Assembly (NCBI GenBank): GCA_951406725.2
Contig: OX597825.1
Span: 78,802,001-78,866,000, forward strand
DNA: 64,000 nucleotides
Source of the DNA: Octopus vulgaris
Lineage: Eukaryota
Reading direction: 5' to 3'
Below, one piece after another: positions 39,504 to 51,921 of this stretch (positions are counted from its first letter, which is position 1; the number at the start of each line of letters is the position of its first letter). Made by a program: the position numbers and the translations under genes. The notes beneath the pieces were generated by a model. The model made no database searches and was not told where the DNA came from. It saw only the letters and a list, made by a program, of their open reading frames with translations.

Positions 39504-40793
39504 CCTGACGAAAACTGAGGTACAGTTGATGAAGTGGGGGGGGGTGCTAAAAAGAGAAACGGAAAGAAAAAAGAAAAGACAGAGAGTAAAGAAAGAGAGA
39601 GAGAGAAAAAGACAAACTCGAACATTTTTTTTCGTTAACAAGAAACAAGATACAACCATAAGCAAGGTACAAGTCTCAAACAGAGAAACAGAGGATAAAG
39701 TAAACAGTCATAAAATACATACATGTTTGTAGACACACATATATATATATTATATTATATATATATTTATATTATATACACAGACACACACATTATTGGT
39801 GTGAAAATAACGGTTAGTTGCAGTTTGTGTTGACGATTCCCTGTCGTCGCAGACAAGAGTTGTTATATTAGAGTTTCGTCAAAAAATGAAATTTGAATTC
39901 ATTAATATTATCATTCTTAAGCCAACCTAGTTCTATGTAATGTTTTCTGGTGTCAGACCCCCGAAAGCTTTTTAAGTAGAGTAGGAGACACGAAAGACAA
40001 AGGTTTGAACAGAGAGAGAGATTGACAAATTTAACCATTTTTGTTGGGGTTTTTTTTCTGTTTGTTTCAAACAAATAACGAAATGTGAAGGAAAGATAGC
40101 AAAAAGGCAAAACGGAGTCAGTCTCTCTGACATAAAAACTGAGAGACAAAGATGGTAAACAGAAGCAAAGACACACATATACTTACATATATATACATAT
40201 ATATATATATGTTTATAAAGGTAGATTGATATACATATAGAAACACAGACACATATCGTCAATGTAAATACATATATATATATATATACACACACACATA
40301 TATATATGTATATATAATCAGACATATACATGCTTATAAGCATATACATACATATATGTATTGATATATATATATATATATATATACATACATATATATA
40401 TGTATTGATATATACATACATATATGTATTGATATATACATACATATATGTATTGATATATACATACGTATGTATTGACATATATATACCATACATATAG
40501 GCAATGACATATATATATATACATACATATAAGCATTGACAAATATACATACATGCAGACATATATACATCGATATATATATATATATACATAAACGTAG
40601 ACATGTATATATATATATATATATATATATACACGTAGGCATAGACATGTACATATGTGTAAACCTATACATTATAGATACGACCGTATATACACACACA
40701 TATATACATATATATATATATATAGTGTGTCTGTGTGAAAATAACGGTTAGCATTGCACAGTGTTGTTGTTATTCATGTCTGATTGTTCCTAC

Positions 40794-40817
40794 CTCATCT
40801 GGAGTTAGTTCACTCAT
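40794..40817 (-). CDS. UBE4B: Ubiquitin conjugation factor E4 B (UFD2 family), coding exon 1 (MSELTPDE)
   Basis: Minus strand reads ATG AGT GAA CTA ACT CCA GAT GAG followed by donor GTAGGA. It resembles the vertebrate UBE4B start MEELSADE and joins in phase 0 to the IRRRRLARL exon at 9239. It lies in a CpG-retaining promoter-like region. Confidence 0.88.
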
Positions 40818-41194
40818 ACCGAACACCTCCTGTTGATTAGAGAACCGTGTGGCCGTTTCCTTCGACTCTGTTTTTTGGGGCTGCTCTTATCTCCAAAAGC
40901 TCCACTTGTATTTGTTTTGTTTAGGGGGGGTCCTTTTTTTCCTTTCTGTGTGTGTGTCTGTCTATTAGTGTTTTAGTTGGCCCTTTAAACGGGGACGGTT
41001 CCACTAAAGCTTCGCTGTGTGTGTTGTTAGTCGGTTGTTTTTTTTTTATATGGGATTTTTTTTTTAACGAGACGAACGAAGTTAGGCAAAAAAAGGAGAG
41101 AAGTTCTTTTTTTTTTTTTTTTTTACAAAAAAAAATGTTGGAAGGGGTCCTCTGTGTCAAAGAAGGCAGCAGAAGACAACGAATGACTTTATTA

Positions 41195-41235
41195 TACACA
41201 AATTGAACGTCACTTCCGCTTTCCAAAACGGAACT
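41195..41235 (-). promoter_or_regulatory. Probable UBE4B proximal promoter with an overlapping ETS/CRE-half-site motif
   Basis: Minus strand GCGGAAGTGACGTT at 41206-41219, about 400 bp upstream of the ATG, at the boundary between the purine-rich leader and the AT-rich upstream sequence. Confidence 0.55.
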
Positions 41236-44200
41236 ATTGACCTGACCTTGCTAACTATTTATAAAAACCACTTTTACTATTAATTTTTTTCACCTTTACC
41301 ATCACTATTACCATAACTCCTTCTCTACCTCTACTCGGTCCGCTTTTACTATTACAATAATCATAATTATCATCCCAACCACTGATATTTCTATTAACAT
41401 TATACTAGTATATCACTTCTTCAATAAACCGGAAATAGTAACCTTAGCATTTCTGCAAATTCGTATAACTACAATTTTTTCCTATTTATTATTTTTAATT
41501 ACTATTTTTACAATTTGTTTTTCTAGCACTACTAGTTAGTTCTACTTCTACTTTTACTATTATTACAACGGCTGTTATTTCTGTCAACGCTATTCTTCTA
41601 GTACAGTACGGAACTTCTTATCCGGCTTCCAGAAATCCGGAAATTATTTGCTTCATCATGCAGTATCTTACCATACTGTGTTTTTAGTAAATACTTCTCA
41701 GCACCTGTAAAAGAGAAAGAGAGACAGACAGACGTAACCTCCTACCATAACATTTTACAACAACCACCAACACCACTATCATCATTATAATTATCTTTAA
41801 GAATATACAGTATAAGACTTCTTGGGAGGATTTCAGAAATTGGGGAATACAGTGCAGTATACTGTATTGGGAATTGGATAAACAGACTCTGTTTTTGAAG
41901 TGGGTTAATTTGCATGTGGAAGGGTATCTTAGTTGTAGAAATCATTCCAAAGTCAACAGTGGAGAATGAAGTTCTCCTACTTGTCAGATTCTGTCAAACC
42001 CTCCACCATTCTTATTTTAAATAATTTCGTTCTTTAGCTTTATGTGGATCAATAAAGATCAAATATATTCTGCTTTAGAAGTGTGTAAATTTTACTTGTA
42101 TCTCCTAAATGAAATCATGTTCTTCGTTTAATGTTCATCCTATGAACATTATAGTGAATATATGGTATTATATGATATATTTTAAGAATTTTAATAAATA
42201 TCGAACAGACCCTACTTTAGAAGTAAATTAATTTGAATTTGTGAAATACGATTTAGTTATTTACTTTTCATAGTTTATTCATATTAGAAATATATAAAGA
42301 ATCTTGCAAACCAAATCCGAAAACGAAATATGTGCTGTCTCCAGAAAACCGAAAATCCAGAAATCCGGAATACTTCCGGTTCGAAGCTTGCCGGAAATTT
42401 GTTCGGTACTGTATTACATCTTCCACAAACCGGAACTTCTCAGCGAACCAAACTGCAACTACTACTTTTACTATAATATTTACATTTGTTCCTCCTGTCA
42501 CTACAGTAGCAACTATTTCTACTATTACTACAGTTACCACTAGTTCTACCAGCAACCGTTATTTCTGTTACTGTCATCGCAAATTCATTGCGGGATTTCG
42601 TCCGTCCGTCGTTACTTTTCTGAGTTCTAACACTACGGAGGTCAACTTTGCCTTTCATCCTTTCGGGGGGTCGATAAAATAAGTACCAGTTACACACTGG
42701 GGTCGATGCAAACGACTCTCAACTCCCCCGAATTTGCTGACTTTTCTGTCAAAATTTCAAATAATTTTAATTTCCACAAACCGGAAGTGCCATCCTTTAA
42801 TTCAATTATCAACATTAATTACAACTATTTCGGTTATATATATTATATGTTATTTATTTTCGTTATTACGATTAGTACCACTACAACTGCTATTATATAA
42901 TTTTTACCATTATTATCACATATACTACTATAACAGCTGACGTTATTTTGTTTACTGACTGGTTTCACAAACCGGAAGTGCTACAGTTACATTTAACAAT
43001 TAGTGAAATAATTTTTACAGTTTATTAGTTTTATCGTTAGTACTACTAGTTCAACTTTTACTACTAAAACGACCTTTGTTACTGTGACTCTAAAATTACC
43101 GTTTCCGTAAATCAGTTCTAACCTTTCTACTTCTATTTTTAGGCTCTTCAGTGAACCTACAGCTGGTCTCTCTATATGCTAGAAATAGCAGCATCATTTC
43201 GTGAAAAATTTCCCAAGGTTGCTTGCTATGTCAAAAGTGATCTGGATTAAACAACAATTACAACTTTATTCATAATTTTTTTAATATTATTGATAAAATT
43301 GATATTAACTACTATTATTTCTATTTTATTACATATAATAGTGACAGGACGACTGACAAATTGTTTTTGGAGTATTTGAGTTATGTCCCTTCATCTTTAT
43401 TTCAAAACCTGGTGAACTCTGAATATTTAGCTTTAAAAAAAGGTGGCGAGCTTGTTGAAGCGTTACCACGTCGGACGAAATTATTAGCAGTATTTCGTCT
43501 GTCGCTACGTTCTGAGTTCGAATTCCGCCGAGGTCAACTTTGCCATTCATCCTTTCGGGGTCGATGAATTAAGTACCAGTTTTGCACTGAGGTCGATGTA
43601 ATCGACTTAATCCGTTTGTCTATCCGCAGAGGTCGATCAATTTTGCCTGTCATCCTTTCGAGGGTCGATAAAATAAGTACTAGTTGATCACTAGAGTAAA
43701 TATAATCGACTTACCCACCCCCTGACATTGCTGGCCTTGCGTCAACATTCGAAACCACTATTTAGCTTTTCATCCCTTCAAGGTTCAATAAAATGGTTCG
43801 AAAAGAAAATAGAAAACTTTCAATAAAACATTGATGTAATCTTTTCCATTATTTTATTGAAAATATTAAATACAACACGACTTTTTTTTTTCTACAGGCT
43901 TAGTAACATTTCGTCTGTTTTTACGTTCCCAGTTCAAACTCCACGAAAGTCATCTTTGCCTATCATCCAACACCAGGGACTATGTCATCGACAAACTTCA
44001 TTCCTTCAGAATTTCAGGTTTAATATTTATAGTAGAAAAGATTATACAATTTGTATAGTCGTTGCATACAATTCATGTACTAGTTAACAAGTGACTTCAA
44101 ATATTTAATTTGGTTGCTTTAATTTAAAATGAGATATTTTCCTACTTGAAATTGTGATTTTCTGTTCAATTAAATAGAATACCACTCTTGTCATAAAGCA

Positions 44201-45675
44201 GAAGGACATATTGAATAATGTAGTCTTAGATACACTATGCCTGAAAAGAAGATTGAGTGATGGTCATGGCTAGAACGCATAGCCATGGTCATAGATTCGC
44301 TCAATTCGGACTAACCTGAGAGTTGAAAAAAAACATTTCTACTTTCACTTTCATTTCTGAAGTGTCAGAATCTCTATCACATCTGCAATGTGGTTGGTGA
44401 AACAGTTCCACAGTCTATGGAGAAAGATTGACTGAATCATCAGAATGTCAGAAAAAAAAGTACCTTGCAGTATCTGTTCAAAATAGTCAGTCTGAGTTCA
44501 AATCCTACTGGGGTCAACTTTGCCTTTCATCTCAGAGGTCAATGAAACAAGCCAAGTACTGAAACCAATGAAATCATCTAACTTCCTCCTCCATATTTAG
44601 ACCTTGTGCTAATGTAAGAACCAGTTATTATTATACTAGAATTAAGGTGGTGAGCTGGCAGAATTATTAGTACACAAGACAAAACACCTAGCAGTATTAC
44701 ATCTGTCTTTATGTTCCGAGTTCAAATACTGTCAAGGTTGACATTGTTTTCCATCCTTTCAAGGTTGATGAACCGGTTGAGCATTTTGGTCAATGGAATC
44801 AAGTAGAACCTCCACCCACTAAATTTCGGATCTTGTGCCTATAGTTGAAAGGATTGTGACTAAACTAAAATGACCAGTTCTACTTATAGAATTGTGCAGG
44901 CACATGGCCTAGTGGTTAGAGCAGCGGACTTGCAGTCGACGGATCGCGGGTTTGAATCTTAGATCAGGTGATGTGTGTTTATGAGGGAAAAACCTAAGCT
45001 CCACGCGGCTCCGGCAGAAGGTAATGGCAAACTTCTGCTGACTTTCTCTCATTCTTTCCTCCTGCATCTTGCAGCTCACCTGCGATGGACCGGCGTCCCG
45101 TCCAGGTGGGGAACCTATACGCCAAGGAAACCGGCCCTTATGAGCCAGGCATGGCTCAAGAAGGAACAAACTTGAAGAATTATGGCTTTCAGTTGGTAGA
45201 ATTATTAGAGTATCAGACAAATACTTTGTGGTAGATGTTCTGGCTTTTTCTGTCCTGAGTTCAACTCAGACCACAGCCAAACACATCACCTTCAGGAAAA
45301 TTTTAAACACATAAACATGAAATGTAAACAGGTAAAGCAGAAACAGAGGTGATTAGTTCACCAAAACTCATGGCGGAACAAGTGATATTTTGAGAAAGTA
45401 CAACAGAGTTTATAGGGGAAGTGGATCAGAAACAGTTTTGAACTAGTTGTCCTCTGCGTTTCTGAGCTCCTTCCCCTATAAATTTTATTGTGCTTTCTGA
45501 TAATTTCGCTTGTCTTACCACAGGTTTTTGCTTAACAGCTCCTGTTAATTTTGACCCCCCATTTGTGTCCAATCTGCATTCATAAAACACAAAAGTTCAA
45601 AGACTTATATATTTCGTTTTGGGATTTGGTCTATAAGATTCTTTATATGAGTTCGTGTGTTGAAGCATATTCTGT

Positions 45676-45887
45676 TGTGTCTGGGGAGAGTCATTTTGTT
45701 TTAGTGCCTTATTAATTTAAAACACTCACTGGTAAAATTTCCACTTTATTTTTTATTTTATTTTCGTTGCATCTTGCAACCTTTTCAATAGTTTTGAAAA
45801 GGTTGGAAGACGCAACGAAAATATTAAAAAATAAATCAGAGTACGTTAAATAAGGCACTAAAAGAAAATGACTCTCCTCAGACACCA
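45676..45887. repeat. Fold-back inverted repeat (MITE-like); a second fold-back at about 45363-45530
   Basis: TGTCTGGGGAGAGTCATTTTGTTTTAGTGCCTTATT / AATAAGGCACTAAAAGAAAATGACTCTCCTCAGACA, with inner arms TTTTCGTTGC..CAACCTTTTCAA / TTGAAAAGGTTG..GCAACGAAAA. Confidence 0.8.
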
Positions 45888-48800
45888 CACATACTTATAT
45901 CCATTGTTGATATACCAGAGTTGTTCCCCTTGGACTATATGTACTCTTGTGCAGTGAATGAACTTTGTGCACACGAATGGGGAATTTCACGAGCGTATCT
46001 TCATTTAGTTCAGTACAGGCTGCGATACTTAATTGAGAGAACAGTGAGAAAAAAAATTAATTATTTAAATAAAAGTGAAGTAATCAATAGAAATTATGAC
46101 TATAATAAAGCGCAGGCGTGGCTGAGTGACTTAGAAGCTTAGTTCCCAAACATTTAGGTTCTAGTTCAGTCCCACTGCTTGGCATACTGGGCAAGTGTTT
46201 TCTGTGGCCTTGGGCCAACCAAAGCACTGTGTGTGAACTTGGTAAACAGAAACTGAAAGACGCCTATATATATATATATCATCATCATCATTTAACGACC
46301 GTTGTCCTTGCTGGCATGGGTTGGATAGTTTGACCAGGGCTGGTAAGCTGGAAGGCTGCTCAAGACTCCGGTCTGATTTGGCATGGTTTTCCATTTGCGT
46401 GGATACCCTTCCTAACACCAACCCCTCTGAGAGTGTACCACGTGCTGTTATTTACTAACACCTTGGGTATTAATTTGCATGACACCAGTATCTGCCACGA
46501 CTGCGATTTTGCTCGGCTTGATGGGTCTTCTTCTCAACCACGACATAATGCCAAAGGTCTCAGTCATTGCCTCTGTGAAAGGAACTCGGCTACTTTGCCT
46601 CTGTGAGGCCCGATGCTCGAAAGGAACTCATAGATATATATATATATATACACACGATGGGCTTCTGACAGTTTCTGTCTAGCAAAATCCACTCACAAGG
46701 CTTTGGTCTGCCCAAGGCTATAAACGAAGACAGCTGTCCAAGGTTTTATACAGTGAGCCTGAACCTGGAAACATCCACACACGAAATGTGTATGTATGTA
46801 TGCATGCACCCACTTGACTTGACAGCATGTGGTGATTGTAAAAGAGCATAATTGTCACGTAAGACACATTGTTCATTTCCAGTCTTGATTGAAAAACGTC
46901 TGGCAAAGGGGAGACAACCCGAATGAATCAAATGTGAAAGGAATTGATCTCCATTGCTGAGACACAACTGTGATTAGCACAGACACATTTGAATCTACTC
47001 GGACTTATTAAGAATGAATATGAATGTCATCACTTTGATTTTTACAATTCAGTGTATGCAAGATGATTAAAAATGGTTTTTGATTTAACATATTAAGTAT
47101 GGTAGCCTGCACTTAACTATATAATCTTTTTGCAGAGGAAGTTCTTTAGTTGTTTAAATTTTTTTGATACCAACCCACCTGAGACCACCCTTGGTTCTCT
47201 CTGATATAAATTTTCTGATTTAAGCCTTCAACGTGTTGAATATTTGGGCAAGGCATGGCTGGGTTGGATGCTGAAAGGGTAAGCTAATGACTTGTAACAA
47301 GTAAATGATGTAACAACAAATAATTCATAGCAATTTTATTTCATTGCAAGAATAACTTTTCCTGTTATTTATGAGTTAGAAATTCCAACAACAAAGTCAA
47401 CACAATGGACAAAAATAATTCTGTACTTTTATAAATATTTGACTGAGAAGGCTCTGTGATTAAGTTGCCAGGACAGGAGAAAATATTCAAAATGGGTTCG
47501 TGTTGTAGAACTGTAGCAGCATGTCTCCATAATGTTAAGTGCTACCCATCAGGCTGAGTAAATAGCCATTACAACAGTTTTCAAAAGCTGTTGCTATGCC
47601 GTGATTTCAACTCAGTTTTGAGTTTAGCCTATAGCAAGACTCAAAAGCAAAGTTATGAGAACAGCAAAGGACTGACATGTGCACAACAGCCAAACACCGC
47701 ATCGCTGGAACTGTGAAGCGCACAGTTCCATCCAAGGATTTTGTATTTTTTTCATAAACTAGGGGATGGCTACTGACATTAAGCTTAAGGATTACATAAT
47801 GTACAAGTATAAAGAAAGAGGTAAAGAAAAAGGGGCTCATTATATTGAATGTTACCGATAATATCGAGTGGAAATAGGGGGAGCTGCAGTTCCGCAGTGA
47901 ATGTACACAAGCTGCCACTGCTGAAGCAAGAATTCCCAACTGCAGATCCATATTCTCACCACCTAACAGCATCCTTGTTGTTGCCAAAATATATATAATG
48001 CATAAATAGAGTCTGAAAAATTGTTTTAAGATACATGGCATATATTTATAAATATGCCTGTTCAAGTAACATAATAGCGTGAAACTATTGGTAGCTTTAT
48101 CAGTTGTGTATTGAAATTGATATTTATCTCTCACTGGCTGGAGTACTATTTTGGTTGATTCTATGTATACTGGATCTGTAAACTATATGTGTGGTGTGTG
48201 TGTGTGTGTGAAGGTACATGTCCAAGTGGTTAGGGGCTTGCACTTGTGATTGCAGTTTCAATTCTTGGACCGGGTGGTGTGTTGTGTTCTTGAGGAAAAT
48301 ACTGTTTCATATCACTTGAACATCTGACATGTGGTATGTTGTGCACCTGTACAGGTAATATTAATTTGATGAATAGAGATAGTGTACAGTACAAATATTT
48401 GATCACTATAAATAAATCAGGTATGTACAGGTTGTTCAGCACGAAACTGCAGAAACCTCATCTATTGTGAGAATCCACCCCATACATACTTGCATATATA
48501 CATATACAGCATCATCATCATTTAACGCCTGCTTTCCACGCTGGCATGGGTTGGACGGTTTGACTGAGGTCTGGAGAGCAAGTGGTTGCACCAGGTTCCA
48601 ATCTGATCTACCAATGTTTCTACAGCTGGATGCCCTTCCAAATGCCAACCACTCTGAGAGCGTAGTGGATGCTTTTTATGTGCCACCAGCACAGGAGCCA
48701 GTCAGGCAGGCCTGGTATTGATCACGTTCGGATTATGCCTTTTATGTACCACTGGCACAGGGTCCAGCCAAGGGGTACTGGCATCAGCCATGTTCAGATG

Positions 48801-51239
48801 AAGCTTTTTACATGCCAGGAGCTAGTCATACATACATGTATACATACATGCATGCATACACACATACATGCATGCTTACATACACATATACATACATGCA
48901 TGCTTACACACACATGCATACATACATACACACACACATACATATATACATATATTCTTCATAGAATCATCCATGCTGAATGACATTTGCAAATAATTCT
49001 CAATGAATTGAAACCTGACTTTTTTTAATTAAAGAATATGAAAACCTGGAGGCAATCGTTAGAAGCTTCTAAAAGAAACATGAGAGAATTTCAAAACATT
49101 AAGAATCCATTTCACAGAATATCTAGTTTTTTCCCATTTAGGATTAATCCAGAGTGGATTAAGAGTATAACATGTCATTTGTACTTTAGCAAACTTTAGT
49201 TTTTCTTTCATAATGGCAATTTTTTCTGGTCGTTCAGTTCATGTGACACCCATTTATTGAGCACTTAGCACACTTGCAGACTCTCAAACAGTTGTACTAG
49301 GATTTGCTTTCACCAAAATTTTCAAATTCAGCAAAGGAAATTTTGTACTGCCAGGTGCCCTCCCTGTCACCAACCCACACCGGTTTCCAATTGAGGAAAT
49401 ATTCCCCATTGCCAAGACATGTTTTCCCAGGAGGCTGGAAATGAAGGACACCACTCATACATTTCTGTCAACCAAATCCACTCGCAAGGCTACGGCTATA
49501 GTAGAGGTACTTGTTCAAGATGCCATTCAGTGGCACTCAGCCTGAATTGTGTATATATTATCTATGTGTATCATCATCACCATCATCCAGTGTTTTAAAT
49601 CTGGGTTTTGTCCCTTTTAACAGGGGTGGCCGGATCTATGTCAATGCCATGGCAACCAAGGCAGATAGGTGCACCCCACCCCAACCTTTGGGCTGGCTGG
49701 TGCCCATTCTCCTTTGCTAGCATGAGGTTTTTTTGACGCTGGATTTTCTATGGGGAGCATGTCCTTGCTTACCCTCAACCTCAGTTTCTACACGTGTGGG
49801 GTCCCGAGACCAAGACCTCTACCATGATGTAGTGGAAAACTAGCTCTGGAAGGCGGGAGTGCTACTCCCTGAGACCCCTTTCAGAGTACCCCCTACTCTA
49901 TATATATATATATTTGTTTATGGGAAACGTTTTGAATATGCAAATAAAGCTCTTATTCCATTATGATGTGTCAGAACGTATGTGTTGTCCACTCACGAAT
50001 CTTCTATTTCATATTAAATACCGATGTAATCGTAATTTACACACTCTGATAAGTACTTGTAGAAAATTTCATTTAAAAATATCTAGTTTTCCGAAAGTTA
50101 TGAGGAAACAAACCCAACTTCTGTGAATTTTCCAAAACTCATCGCCCCACCATCGGAAATATTTTCTTCAACATAAATTCCGACATAATCTGAATCTGCA
50201 CCATCTAAAGTGTAATTATAAAAATTTTCATTGAAAAATACCCACTTTTCTGGAAGTTATGAAGCAACAAAGTTGTAGGGTGGAGCACACATGTGAAGGT
50301 ATACCCAAATCTGGAGTTACATAGCCGGGTGCTTGGGGTATTTGGTTCGCGATCAACTGGACCGGCGCTGCGTTACGTTCTTGAGCAATGCACCTGATTC
50401 CACATTGCACCTGTCAACTCAGCTAAAAATGAGTACCACTGGGTGCAACTCTCTCTCTCTCCAGCTGTTTGTTATACCTCGGACGTAGCGATGGGGGGAA
50501 AAGGTGGGCTGAGAAAATGTCTAGTCTGCTCGTGATTACATAGGCACCTAAAACAGTTAGCGAAAGCATGGTACATGTTACCAAACTCTAAACGTTCACT
50601 GGGTAACAGCTGGTTCTCTAGAACGTATACAAAATTGTCCTGCTAGCAGAGACAGCATTTAAAACTGTAGAAAAACACGGACAAATGTCCATGGAGAATT
50701 AATTGATGTACTGAGATTGCTAGTAGTAAACTGACGCAAACAAGTTGTGCTCAGCAAAGATGACTTGTGATCCGAGATGAATTTTGTTCCAGAAGTCTTT
50801 TCCTGTATTTCAACTTTGTAGCCAGATTACTATCGCTTTTTTTTTTCCTAATAAGAAGAAAGTAATCCTGTACACAACACTATTACACAACAGAAACAGC
50901 CTTATGTTAAACAAAAAACATGAGCATCCTTAAATTCAACATCAAGGAAAATCAACTGATCGTAAACACGACGAGTAATGATGACCCCAAGAATTTTTCC
51001 AATCTATAAAGAATCTTCCGAGGAAATTTCTCTTGGATTAAGAAATTGCGGTCGAAAGTGAAAAGAAAACTTAAAGATCGAAGAAGAAAACGGGCATCAA
51101 AAGTGAAAGCTAATAAAGTTACCGATGGAAAGTCCCTAGAGAAAAGGAAAACTACTTTTGAGAAAGTATAAACAGGATGTTATAGTCCAAGATCGACCTG
51201 ATTAGTTCAGAAAGTATTAAGAAAATTAAATGGCAATTC

Positions 51240-51365
51240 CTTCGGCAAAGAAGAAAGATGACGTCACACATCAGTGTGTGTGTATGTGTGTGCGTTCGTG
51301 TGTGTGTGTGCATGCGTTTGTGTATTTTGCATGCGTGTGTATGACACAGGAAGTGTTTAGTCGTT
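51240..51365 (+). promoter_or_regulatory. Probable promoter of a divergent plus-strand gene
   Basis: Full CRE TGACGTCA at 51259-51266, ETS site ACAGGAAGTG at 51346-51355, Inr-like TTAGT at about 51357, local CpG retention, followed by a GGC/GGA-rich leader. Confidence 0.55.
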
Positions 51366-51921
51366 GACCTTTCTACGTAAGCTTGCTAGGGCGACGGCGG
51401 TGACGGTAGTGAGAGAGAGAGAGAAGGAGGGAGTGAATAAAAAAAAGCGGCGGCGGGTTATATGATAGAAGAGGAGGCGACGGCGGCGGCGGGTTACATG
51501 ATAGAAGAGGAAGTGAAGGCGACGGCAACGGAGGCGGCGGCGGCTGCGGAGGAGGAGGAGGAAACGGTAATAGAGAAGAAACAGAAGGAGAAGGAGGCGG
51601 AGTAGGAGAAAATAAAGTGGCGGCGGCGGGGCGGAAGCTATGCCACAATAAATGAACAAATAAAATAAATAAAAATAAATAAATAAATAAAATAAAAACA
51701 GGAAAAAGAAAAACCGAAAGGAAAAAAAAAAAAAGAAAAAAGAAAAAGAAAAGGAAAACAAGGCAAAACAACATGGCGGAATAAATAAGATGTCTGAGTG
51801 AGTTGAGTTGTTTTAGTTTTGGTTTTGGTATAGTTTTTGTGACCTGTGTGATTCCTTGGACAAGGTCCTCTACGCCTTGTTTTATGCGTGTTCTTCAGAC
51901 ACAGACCACTCATGTGAACCG
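51358..51921 (+). other. Probable first exon (5' leader with multiple uORFs) of an unidentified gene
   Basis: CpG-rich (GGC)n/(GGA)n leader, YY1/Kozak-like AACATGGCG at 51770-51778, and consensus donors GA/GTGAGT (51798) and CG/GTAAGT (51922). No downstream coding exon recognised in the window. Confidence 0.55.

Noticed and set aside
47607-48134. 175-aa minus-strand ORF and hairpin GGAACTGTG-AAGCG-CACAGTTCC (~47706-47728)
   Set aside because: Non-ATG start, no recognisable domain or splice context. An isolated 9-bp stem is not enough to call an RNA gene.
51357-51774. Pro-rich and Arg/Phe-rich minus-strand ORFs
   Set aside because: Antisense translation of the (GGC)/(GGA)/A-rich leader.
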